Below are positions 37,851 through 49,714 of a stretch of 64,000 nt of DNA, one piece after another. The stretch is from Callorhinchus milii. Taxonomy: Eukaryota. The DNA lies in the NCBI RefSeq assembly GCF_018977255.1, contig NW_024704742.1, positions 103,852,001 through 103,916,000 of the forward strand. The letters are read 5' to 3'. Both the position numbers and the translations under genes were made by a program. The first letter of the stretch is position 1. Each line of letters starts with the position of its first letter. Below the pieces are notes generated by a model. That model ran no database searches. It was not told where the DNA came from and saw nothing but the letters and a program-made list of their open reading frames with translations.

Positions 37851-39584
37851 CCTGAAGATCCGACAACCGATGGTGGGGCAGGGAGGCTGCGGGACATGGA
37901 GCAGACCAGTGTCTAACGAGCAGAGGGAGCAGATAGATTGGTACGGTTTTAGCTGGTCAACAGAGGTGGTTTGGGAGGGCAGGGGCTTTTCTGGGTGTAT
38001 TAATTCCTTAAAGAAATAATAATTTGGTAACGTAATCCACGACTGTTCATGGAATACTATTGTGCGTAATTGGCTGCCGTGTTTCATCCACAAAACATAG
38101 TCAATTCACTTTACAGTATATTCTGTGAAGTGCTTTGAGACGTCTTGAAGATGTGATAAGGCGCTATACCAAATGGAAAGATTATAATTATTATGGAGCC
38201 AGTGGAGCGAGGCACCATGGAGCCTGGTGTGGAAGAGTACATGAGCTGCAGAGTTCTGAATAATAGCTGCTAGTTGAACTAGAGCAGTATCCCAAGGTAC
38301 ACTCTGGAGACCCAAAGTCTTGACTCTCACCAACATGCGCAGAAGACTCTCTGGAATTAAGTAAGCAGGACGTGTCCCTCCAGGAAAAGAATATGCATTC
38401 CTTGGAGGAACACACCCTGCTTACTTAATTCCAGAGATGTGAAATTCCATGTGCAAGTGTCAAGCATGGGCTTCCTTCTGATTTGGATACTCACGGGTTT
38501 CGACATGCATCAGTCATCCAACTGAACAAAAAATAGGGTTTCCTCTAACATTAAAGAGTTACCGAGAATAACAATCATGCTCTGCTTAGAATAATTTCTG
38601 CATTCGAGAAAGTGAACTGAGGGCAGGAGATTGAAGCTGTTTAGTGTTGACACTCAATACTCTATGGCTCTCTCCTTACAACCAGGCAGATATCAGCATA
38701 GCTAGTAATAGTAGAGGAGATTCCTGCCATTGTCTTGCCAGAATGTCTGAAGATCTGCAACTAATTATGTTGCAGGAGACTGTGCAGAGAGCAAATGTGG
38801 AAGCTTCAGCTATTTTGACCTTACAAAGTGCAGAGATCCAATGCACCCAGTTCAAATTGAAGGAATTATGAAGTCTCCTCTCTGAGGTCTGCAGGGATCT
38901 TGTGTGAAATAAATCTGGGAATTCTCAATCTATTTTATTACAGTTTTTGAAGGTACAACTTGCCACAGAAAGTAAGCTAATATCCCAGAAAATGTTTCAG
39001 CCATTCTTTTTAAAAAATATTCAGAGTGGCTAGAACCATAATAAATTATTGAAATCAGAAGGGTGTGTTTGTTGTTTTCTATGACTGACTGGGTGGTCAC
39101 CAGTATTACTTTATTCCTTATATCCTTTAATTACAGAACATTACCTCAACTCTATATAATTCAGCTCTAGGCTGACAAGGCAACAAACAATGATTTCCAA
39201 TTACATAACTGCCTTCATATAAGATAATGTCTCAGAGTGCTTCACAGGCAGAGTTGGTCAAAGGAATAGGCTTTAAGGTGGAATGATGCAGTGGTTGGGG
39301 AGGGAGAGCATTGCATTATCTGACTTGCCATCCTTTGGATGAGACATTAAACCGAACTTCCATCTGCAAGTTCAGACAGATGTTAATAATCCCATGGCAC
39401 TGTTCATACATATTTTTTTCTTTGTATCCTGGCCAAAAATGCACCAAATAAAATTGGTCATTCACTCATGGTTGATTGTGGGACATTGCTGTGCACAAAT
39501 TTGCCACTGCACTCACCTACAAATACAGTAACTACACTTTACTATAAAATCCTGTGAAACTCTTTGAGATGTTCTGACAACATG

Positions 39585-39880
39585 ACATCATCCGCAGACA
39601 TGGGGTCAACTTCCACATGTATGCGTATGACACCGAACTCTACCTCTCTGCCTCCACTCTTGACTCTAGGACCACTGCTGTCCTGACAGAATGTCTGTCA
39701 GACATCAAGTTCTGGATGAGAGCTAACTTTCTTCAGTTGAACATCAACAAGACCGAGGCTCTCCTGATTGGCTCCCGCCAGCGTCTCCTCACCCCAGGCG
39801 CTGACAGTATCACCATCCATGGATGTACACTCAACCTTGCTAAGCCAGTCCGGAACCTTGGGGTCTTGTTTGATCCTCAA
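39585..39880 (+). mobile_element. L2 RT internal fragment
   Basis: ORF 39617-39904: MYAYDTELYLS...[16 protein letters not shown]...RNLGVLFDP. Confidence 0.9.
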
Positions 39881-40125
39881 CATAAATGTAAAATAAAACC
39901 TTGAAAATTCTGTTCTTTTCATTGAAATTGATCTGAAAATACCCAGCTATCAAGACAGTAATCTTATTTCACCAAGACAGTTACCATTAGCAAATTACAG
40001 TATAAGCTCCAGGTACGCATTCAATAAAACAACAAGGTTTTGGTGAAAAAAAAGCATGCACAAGTTTTTTTGTTGGGAATAAGGGGAGGAAGAGAGGATA
40101 AAATACATAACAGAACTGAACTTAC

Positions 40126-40337
40126 TGTGTTAGCTAATTCCAGGTAACTACCCCCCATTGGAGTACTTAAGTTAGAAGCTCGAGCTAAAAGTTTTTGCAG
40201 AGCAGTTTGCTGATCCAGGTTGCCTCCACCATACTCAAATAGTTTCTGAAGAGTAGGGTGGGATTGCAGGTCTGGACTTTGAAGATCCCGAGCTCCAGAA
40301 TCATATTCCCAGCTCTCCCTGGCTCCTGTCAATGCAC
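40126..40337 (-). CDS. MCC: MCC coding exon 3
   Basis: Acceptor CATTTCAG|GT completes Gly. Encodes ALTGARESWEYDSGARDLQSPDLQSHPTLQKLFEYGG...GGSYLELANT. Donor ACA|GTAAGT, phase 0, 212 nt. Confidence 0.95.
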
Positions 40338-40770
40338 CTGAAATGAATTCGAAAATTTAGAGGTCAATTGTGGTACTGGATATTGCACTACTTATTTATA
40401 CTTGCATTTGATACAGCACATTTCATGTGGGGAAGAGATCTCAAAACACTTTACAGCATTTACTGCGAATTATCCCACATTGGTACTTGGAATTAAGTTT
40501 CATTTAGATGAAGCTAGAATAACCATTCTTCTGCATTTCAAAATTCTGTCTTTGTGATCTGGATATGAGACATCCACTCTACCACAATAACATGCAGCTG
40601 TCCCTTTCCTTCTTGTAGCAATCAGTTAGTTTCACTGAAGTGTCTGGTGCTTCCTTTTCGGGGAATGGGGGGGGATACATTTATTTTGGAATCATTGCTA
40701 TTGCCCAACAGTTTCCTTGATTAAATTCTTAGGCGCTGATTCCTCATCCTATTTTGTGTTCACTATTCAC

Positions 40771-40920
40771 CTTGAAAAGAAGATTTATCCAGGTTGCCTT
40801 CACTTGGAGATGCACTATTTTGCCGTCCTTTCTCATTCTCTTCCACAATTACAATGGAGGATTCATTGTTGGAGTCTCCAGTTGATGTTAGATCTTGCAA
40901 TACAGAAGGTCCAGCAGCAT
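40771..40920 (-). CDS. Candidate in-frame cassette exon of MCC between exons 2 and 3
   Basis: Acceptor TTGTTATCCTTGTTTTAACAG|A, donor CAAG|GTGAAT, exactly 150 nt, phase 1-1 matching intron 2. Open in the MCC frame: DAAGPSVLQDLTSTGDSNNESSIVIVEENEKGRQNSASPSEGNLDKSSFQ. Confidence 0.55.
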
Positions 40921-43860
40921 CTGTTAAAACAAGGATAACAATCAGAAAATTTAACTGTGATAAGACAATTGACATTGAACTAACCACATACTGTTTGATT
41001 GACTAAATCTGCATAGTTTGAATAAGCATCAACATGTGCTTCTGCAATATCATAAATTATACACAAAGAATACACATGAGGTATATTGCTTTTAACCTTC
41101 AAACCACTTTATTTCAAATAACACTATATACAAATTGTGCTTTAATGATTGTACCTTAAACATCAAAAACTTTTTAATAATTGAAATAAAAACCTAAACA
41201 ACCCATCAATATAAAGATGGCAACACAATATAAAGCACAAAGACTGCTCTCTCCTTACTCTGTGGATAAACTAAAGTAATATGCAATGTGGTTTTCAGGG
41301 TGATATACATTTAAAATGGTAAGAAACAAAGGCACCCAAACAGGCGATACATAAATCTGAAGAAACAAATTACATCATAGCTGCCGTTGAAACCTGAGTA
41401 GATTTTTACAGTAACTCTCACCTGCCCTGCAACTCTTACCCCACCCCCACCCATGGGAACAACCTTATAAATTGGGCTAATTTCACAGATGGGTTAATAA
41501 TCCTGTGTTTTTCAAGACTACAATAGAGGTGCAATGCATCAGTTTTCCTAACGACAGGGATTGTCTCCGGAGTGCTGCTAACAGAAGCCTCGTTCTTCAC
41601 CTACAAACTTTTAATCATACACAAGAAATAATAATAATAATTGCATTTGATATAGTGCCTTCTCGCGTCATTAAGGTGCTTCAAAGTGCTTCACGGAATA
41701 CATTGTAAAGTGTATTGACTGGTGTTTTTTGTGGCCGAAATGTGGCAGCCAATTGCACACAGCAGTGCCCCACAAACAGTCGTGGACTGAGTGATCCTTT
41801 TTTGAAGGGATTATTAGACCGGAAAGCAATCCACCAATTGACTAACAACCAAGTTCCTACTTACTACTAGGAAAACAGAAGTGTGTGAAGTAAGGAAACT
41901 TGCCCAAGGTTTCACCCTACCTGGGAATCAAGCCTGGGTCCTCTCTCTTGCAAGGCAAGTACACTAACCACTATGTGACCAAGTAAACTACCCTATTCCA
42001 AATTGGAGGGGCCCTGGAAAGGGGGTGAACATAAATCATGCTTTATGTTTCTATAACCCACACCAATAAATTTAATAATTTCAATTTATTCACAGCTGAA
42101 TATTTTTGCAATGTAGTAGTAGGATAATATTACCCAAATGTATTGACTGAATGGCCTTTTTTCCTTCTAGATTTCATAAGTGTTTGCATCAGCTGACTGG
42201 AATATGCACAATACGTTTGCTTACAACAACAAAATTACATTTGTATCGGGCCTTTCACGTCAGGAAGACGTCCCAAAGCACTGGACAATCAGTGTTTCGG
42301 ACTGATGTGTCATTCCCTATTCAGGAAAATAGCCTAAGGTTTCGCCCTGCCGGGGAATCGAACCTTATATAAGAGACATTCCATAATTTGTTTACAATGT
42401 CATGGAGACTTGCTATTGCATCTTCCAACACCACCTAGTTCTTTCAACATTTATATAGTAATTTGTTCAAAATCCTACAGCTGGCATTGCTCCAAATCAA
42501 ATGAAGACATCCTGGATGAATCTTTTCTGATTTTTAAACCAAAAATCAGCCTTAACAATTGAATAATCACATAGCACTTGCTAATCCTTATAAAATCACC
42601 TTATAAATTCAGAATAAAATGAACCCCCAGGATTTTTTGAAAAGACCAGACAATTCATGAACAGATTTATATTGAGCCTTGCTCATTGGGAGGATGTCCC
42701 AAGGTGCTGGGACAGCCAGAAACTGTATCAAGGTCAAGAAAATTAGCATATAATGAAAAGGTATGAAACATGGAAAGAAAACATATATCAGACATCGTAT
42801 TTACAATGATGGTGGGTTTACGACTTTTCTACTTTGTTTGTCTCAATGCTGAGCATCAAAAAAAAGAACCATAGTGCTTCTTGTAGTTTAGGTGATAAGA
42901 CATTACTGTGCTACAATCCTGAGGTGGGGTGGCGGGGGGGGGGGGGGGGTAGAGAAAGAGCAAGTGAGTAGTGTCTCCTTGGGGCAAGAGGTAGTAGGCA
43001 GTGTCTCCTTAAAGCTGAGCAACATGTTTGGAATTGATTCAATTCTCTGTAGCAGGTTAGGAAGTCTGCTTCCCAAGTAAGATGGGACTGCTGCTCTTCA
43101 GGGCCTGCTGATGGGTCCAGTCTGTCTGGATCGTTGGTAGAAATGTAGGAACAGACTGCCAAATCCCTGGTTAGGATAGTCCTCGTTAGACAAGCAATGG
43201 GAGATTTACACAACGCTCTCAACGGCAAGCTAAGGTTTTAGCTAAACTCCAGCAGTTACTCACACGCAACGTACACCTAAGTCTCCAAGCCTTGGCTCTT
43301 ACCAACCAGCTCCTAAAATTCCCTGAAATTTTCCAAAACACTGACTGTCCAGCACCTTGGGATGTCCTCCTGAACGTGAAAGGCGCTATACAAATGTAAT
43401 TTTGTTGTTGTTGTTGAAATTAGGCAAGCAGGATGGGTCCAGAATGACATCCCATTCTAGGCACAAGGAACATTGATTAGGCAGCGCATATGTGGAACTC
43501 TGTCTGGTTTGGATACTTCTTATGTATTGTGATAGGTTTAGCCAGTGTCTGACACCCAGCTGACCAGAGAAAATTAATGCAGAGTAATAAATCTGCTGAC
43601 ATAATCACAATCTTAAATTGAAGATTTGTAGTCAATGACCAAAACAAAGTCAGTAAATACTGTCACATCCACAAACAAATTTAAGAACCTAAAGCACAAT
43701 GTAGTGGATGCTATGTCACACGAATAAAGCAACCAATCAATGATATGTGACTTGAGAATATATAAGACTAATGTAAACTTCCTTTCATATTGAATCATCA
43801 AATTTTATGAAGTTTTTACTAAATTAAAAATTCACTTTCTTCATTACATCATTTACATAC

Positions 43861-44108
43861 CAAGACTGTTGTCACTGCTGGTTGGCCACGAAGCTATTCT
43901 ATCCCGTAATTTTCTTTTCTTGCAAGAGTCATCTGACTTTACTGAAAGTTCCCCTTCCTCTTTTCTTATTTCAGACACCAGCTGCATTCGACATCGTGTA
44001 AAATCCTCAAAGGAGATTTTCCCATTCTCATCTGCTCCCAATTGATGCATGATTTCAGCTACAGATTCCTCCATGTTTAATTGGCGACACACCATGAGCA
44101 AATCATTC
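43861..44108 (-). CDS. MCC: MCC coding exon 2 (end of EF-hand 1, EF-hand 2)
   Basis: Acceptor TTTCTTTTTCTTCAG|G completes the Arg codon from exon 1. Encodes NDLLMVCRQLNMEESVAEIMHQLGADENGKISFEDFTRCRMQLVSEIRKEE...RDRIASWPTSSDNSL(G). Donor G|GTATGT, phase 1, 248 nt. Confidence 0.95.
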
Positions 44109-47100
44109 CTGAAGAAAAAGAAATGTCATCACAAAAGTAAGCATCAAATCACCTCTTTCATATTTTAATTTCGTACATTTTGCAAATTTTAAATATTACC
44201 TTACAACCATGTGGTAACCAAGAATGAGTGAATACAGCTACCAAGAAAGACTGGATAGGTTAGCGTTTTTTTTCTTATAAGACGACTGAGAAAAAAAACT
44301 TGATAAAGGTGTTTAAAATTATGAAAGGATTCGAGAAGTGAGTCTAAAACAAGGAGCATAAATATGAAATAACTACTAGCAGATCTAAAAGAAAGTTTAA
44401 GAGGAACTTGTTTACACAGTGAGTCGTGAGAATTTGGAATTCCCTGTCCAGAAAGCGATGGTTGAAGCAGAAATCGTTAAAGCGATTAAGACGAAAAGCA
44501 ATGTATACTTGCAAGAAGGAAACGGATAATAGGGAGAGGGAATTAGGAAGGGTGAAGACTGATCGGCACAGACTAATAGGACCAAATGTAATTCTATGCA
44601 ACATTTACTGTAATCTATCAATCATTTTTGCCTAAAACTGCTCATATTTCATTATACGTTTTGAAAATCAACTTTGATGACCTGTGTTTAAATTCACAAA
44701 CTACAACAATGAATCAGAATAAAGCCCAATTCATAGAAAGGATATACTGTATTATTTCATGGGTTTGTTCGGCTTTGGAACTGGCCCCAAGCCAACATCC
44801 ACTCCCAACAAAACTAGTTTTAGTGCCAAATTCAACAATTGAACTCAATCCATTCAAGCACTCAAATGATTCATTGCTATCAGAAGCAAATGCAGTTTTT
44901 CAGATTCTGTTCAACATTAAATATTAAAAAGATGAAATTACGCTATGTACAATTCTGTTTTGTTTGGTTAACAATTTTCTCAAATCGTAAAGTGGACATT
45001 ATTTTCTTTGACAAAGGTTTCTCATTCTGCGTGAACATACAGTATTTAAATGATACCCAAAGGTCATATTCTCCTATATGCACAAGAGGAATTTGGTCAT
45101 TGTGTGGTATCTGTATTGTTGGAGCAGGGAAAGAAAATCTTCAGTTGCTGGCCTTATGCACGGAGCCATCATCTTTGTAGAAATGCAAGAATTGTGAATG
45201 TTTCAACCACAAACCGACCCAATCACTCACTCAACCTCACTACATAGCTGTTTGTGGGACATTGCTGTGGGGATAAGGAATAAATTTCGATCAGTAATTA
45301 GATAACCTGAGTCTCTTCAGCCTTGAAAAGATACAGCGCTCTGAGACACCCCCTGGTGTGGAGGGCGCTATATAAGTGCAAGTTGCTGTTGTTGTCTCAT
45401 ATATATTTTTTGCCCACAAATATATAGTCAATCCATTTTACAGTTTCTCCTGGGAAGTGTTTTGAAGTGTCTCAATGAAGTGATAATGCACTATATCAAA
45501 TGCAAGGATTATTATTAATTACAATAGTGGTTTAGGTCCATAAAATTATGGACATAATTTAATTTTCATAAATGGATCTTCTACACCAAGTATAAATGGT
45601 TTTAAATAAATCTTTTCTAAACATGCTGCATATTTTGCTAAATGCGCACAGCAGTGCGGCCAGCCTCCAGCGAGTGCCCGCACCAGTCACAGGGTTAGGG
45701 CGGGAGGCCTCCACGATACAGGACTGTTATCTGGTCAATCTTACCCTATAAGAACTTACAAGAACTTCTAGAATGCGACAAGCTACGTGTTAAATGGAGT
45801 AATAGGTAACACAACATCTCTTATTAATGTTTTGCATGGGTAGCAGCTGGGAGGTTGACAGGATGGTGACTTAAATGATAATGACAAGTTGTTCCAGGGG
45901 CAAGTTATCAGTTTACTGTACTTGCATGTTCAACAAACATCTATTTGCATTTGACAAGTGTTCAAATGACTTGATACAATGTTAAAATTAAAATTAAAAA
46001 TTTGCTTTTTTAAAAAAGCTGAAATTATTGAAAAACAAACATCCTCATCAATCTACAGTTTTTGGAGCAAAGCAAGATTTTTTCTCATGCAAGACATAAG
46101 TATAATACAGGACCAATATGCTTGATAAATCTTCAAAACAAGTCTTGCTTTGCTCTTCCCATCAACCCAGCAGTTGCAGAATAACTAGTTATTATAAATA
46201 ACAGATAACTTATCTTAAAATATATTACCTTGAAATAATATCTGTATAGGACGTAATTTTTCAAATTACCCCATGTCCTACACAGATATTTTACCTTAAA
46301 ATAGTCAACTTCTCAATTAAAAGAACAATAAAAGCATCAGCATAAAGCTGCTGTAACTATAATCTATAAAATTCATTTATTGGAGGGTCTGAAGACAGAG
46401 CAAAGCATTGCACCCAAGCAGCATAGCTGTCCTTTTTAAAAGTCAACCATCAACATCTTAAAATTTAATAAATTCCAGTGTTAAACTGAATATCAACTAC
46501 TAAAATTTGCACATATGCATAGCTACCAATAATGCAATAGTCCAACCCCAATAAGATTACATAAAGGTAGATCAGGTCTCACAACAGTTGACAAACACGC
46601 AACAATGTCCCACAAACAGCCAGGAGGTGAAAAGCAATCTATTTGAAAATAAAACCTAGAATGGGCCACATATAAAACCTAGATAAGTGTCCAGTAAACT
46701 CTTGATAGCTCATCACTCCAAGGGAAAAAGGCTGTGACAAGTTTTCCAGAGTGACAAGTTAGGCATATGTATAAATGTATATAAGTTGCTGGGATATTGC
46801 CAGCACGATGACTTAAGTGGTCATGATAAATTAAGCCAGGGTTGAGTTATCAGTTTACTGTACTGTGTCCAATTCTGGTCACCTCCCTCCAAAATGGAAA
46901 ATGTACAGAGTAAGCCTACTAGAATGATACCAGGACTGGCAAGTTACTGCTATCACGATAGACAGGGTAGGTTAGTCCTTTTTCACTAGAGATGAGCCCA
47001 TCGGCAACAGTGTTACTGAGTGTTGATGAGCTTCGAAAGGGGTATTCTTCATTCATAATAATGCTTCAGCTGCAGAACTTTCATCTGGTGGACGAAATAA

Positions 47101-48287
47101 AGTATTTTTTGCAATAAAAATGTTTAATGTCACTTTTAAAAGCAATTTAACTTTGAAAAACAAATTTTATTCTGCAGTTAAACAATTAAAGAACATTTTC
47201 AGACTTTTTGATCAGTACAAACCAAAAAGTTTTGGGGTTACGATTTGGTTTAATTAGCATAAAGTGTGCATTGTCTCCTTATCCACCACCTGGGAGAAAA
47301 TACTTTTTGAGTTTTTATGCATTTACTAGGTTGATATTCAGTGATCATCTAACTGCTTTTGTTAAAATTACATGGGACAAATTACCATAAAGAGGAAATA
47401 TCATTACAACAACTTGCATTCATATAGCACTCTTCACGCTAGTAGCATACTAAGTGCTTAAAAATGGCAGAGCTTGACGCCGAGTCAGGGAGAAAGGGGA
47501 GGTGATCGTAGGGATGGTCAAAGAGGATGCTCTTCAGGTGTAATCTAAAGACAGGCAAAGATGGGGCAAGGCAGAATTAAATCAAAAGAGTATCGTAATT
47601 TAGAAGCACAAGCAGTTTTTCTACAGACCAAGCAAGAAAAATACAAAGCGAGCAAATTAGACATTCACATTAAAATGAACCATAAGAATATATATTACAG
47701 TATATTGTGAACAATTTCATTATAACTGAATGTTGCGAAGAGGGGATAACCACATAACCCAACACAGTATAATGCTTTGATAAATTACCATAAAATGATT
47801 TATAAATCAACAAGTATGACAACAGTTTCTTTTCACATGCATCTTTCCTGGTTTGGCCATCTGCCCCACTTCATCATCTAAAAGTGGTACGAAAGCAAAA
47901 TCATCTGGTATTGTAATGACTTGTTTGCATTGCTATCTATAATTCAGCACTAGCAACACAACACTACTGAATGCAACAAATCACATCTACTGACATGCCT
48001 ATTATCTTCTTCCTCAATATCTTAAAATTCCAAAAAACAATGTAATCCCATAAGTGCACACCATGTTTATTTCTGTTGTAACATTAACAGAATACATTCA
48101 GTACTCCAACCCATATATAATAATAATAATCCTTGCATTTGATATAGCGCTTTTCACGTCGGGAGGACGTCCCAAAGCGCTTCACAGAACACACTGCAAA
48201 GTGAATTGACTGTATCAGTCATCTACTCTCATGACTTCTGTCCCTGCTTTCCCAAAATTGAATTATATTTGAATTATATATTATATA

Positions 48288-49714
48288 CCTCTCTCCCTGT
48301 CCACCGGTTCAGTTCCCACCCACTAAAAACAGCTGTCATCACTCCCATCCTGAAAAAACCTTCCCTGGATCCATCCCTCCTCTCCAGCTACCTCCCCATC
48401 TCTAATCTTCCATTCCTCTCCAAGGTCCTGGAACGAATCATCGCGGCCCAGCTCCGCTCCTTTCTCTCCCGCCATTCTCTCTTTGAACCCATTCAATCCG
48501 GCTTCCGCGCTGCCCACAGCATGGAAACAGCGCTGGTGAAAGTCACTAATCACATTCTGAACATCTGTGATCAGGGCTCTCTCTGCCTCCTTGTCCTCCT
48601 CGATCTCTCTGCCGCCTTCGACACTGTCGACCACTCCATCCTCATACATCGCCTCTCCTCTTTACTCAATCTTCACGAATCTGCACTTGCCTGGTTTGAT
48701 TCTTATCTCTCTCACCATCTCCACTTCGTTGCCTCTAACGGTTTCTCTTCCAGCCCCTGCACTGTCACATCTGGTGTCCCCCCAGGGCTCCGTCCTTGGC
48801 CCTCTCCTCTTTAATATATACATGCTCCCCCTCGGTGACATCATCCGCAGACATGGGGTCAACTTCCACATGTATACGGATGACACCCAACTCCATCTTT
48901 CTGCCTCCACCCTCAACTCCAGGACCACTGTTGCCTTGACATGAAGTCCTGGATAAGGGCAAATTTCCTATGGTTGAATGTGAACAGGACTGAGGCCCTC
49001 CTGATTGGCTCGCGCCAGCGCCTCAGCACCTCAGGCTCTGGCAGCATCAACCTCCATGGTTGCACACTACAACTCACCAGCCAGTCAGGAGCCTGGGTGT
49101 CTTGTTCGACCCTCAACTGTCTTTTCTCCCCAACATTCAAGCCATGACCCGCTCTGCCTTCCCTCACCTCTATAACATCGCCCAACTCTGCCACTACCTC
49201 ACCCCTCAGGCCGCTGAAACTCTTGTTCATGCCTTCATCACCTCCAGGCTCAACTATGCAAACGCCCTGCTTGTCGGCCTTCCCGACTCCTCCCTCCACA
49301 GCCTGCAGATAATCCCCATCTTCCCCATTCTCACCCGACTCCACTGGCTCCCTATCCTTCAGAGGATCCAGTTCAAGATCCTGGTCTACACATACAAAGC
49401 TCTCCATGGTCTCGCTCCATCGATCCGCTCAGCGGGCTCTGGCCTGCTCCACGTCCCCCGACCCACCCGCCCCACCATTGGGAGAGCAGAACCACTCTGC
49501 CCCCAACCTCTGGAATTCCATCCGCCTCATCCCCTCCTTAGCCTCCCTCAAGTCCCGCCTCAAGACCCTCCTCTTCGACCATGCCATCGGCTACTCCCCT
49601 TCCCCTCCTTTTCCCTCCCGACCCCAGCTCGAGTCTTAAATGCTGTACACTGTCGAGCGCCTTGGGACGTCCTCCCGATGTGAAAGGCGCTATACAAATG
49701 TAACCTTGTTGTTG
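48288..49714 (+). mobile_element. L2 LINE, RT region to 3' tail, frameshifted
   Basis: ORFs 48206-48814, 48567-48944 and 49060-49683 carry successive RT motifs. Ends GGGACGTCCTCCCGATGTGAAAGGCGCTATACAAATG...TTGTTGTTG. Confidence 0.93.
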
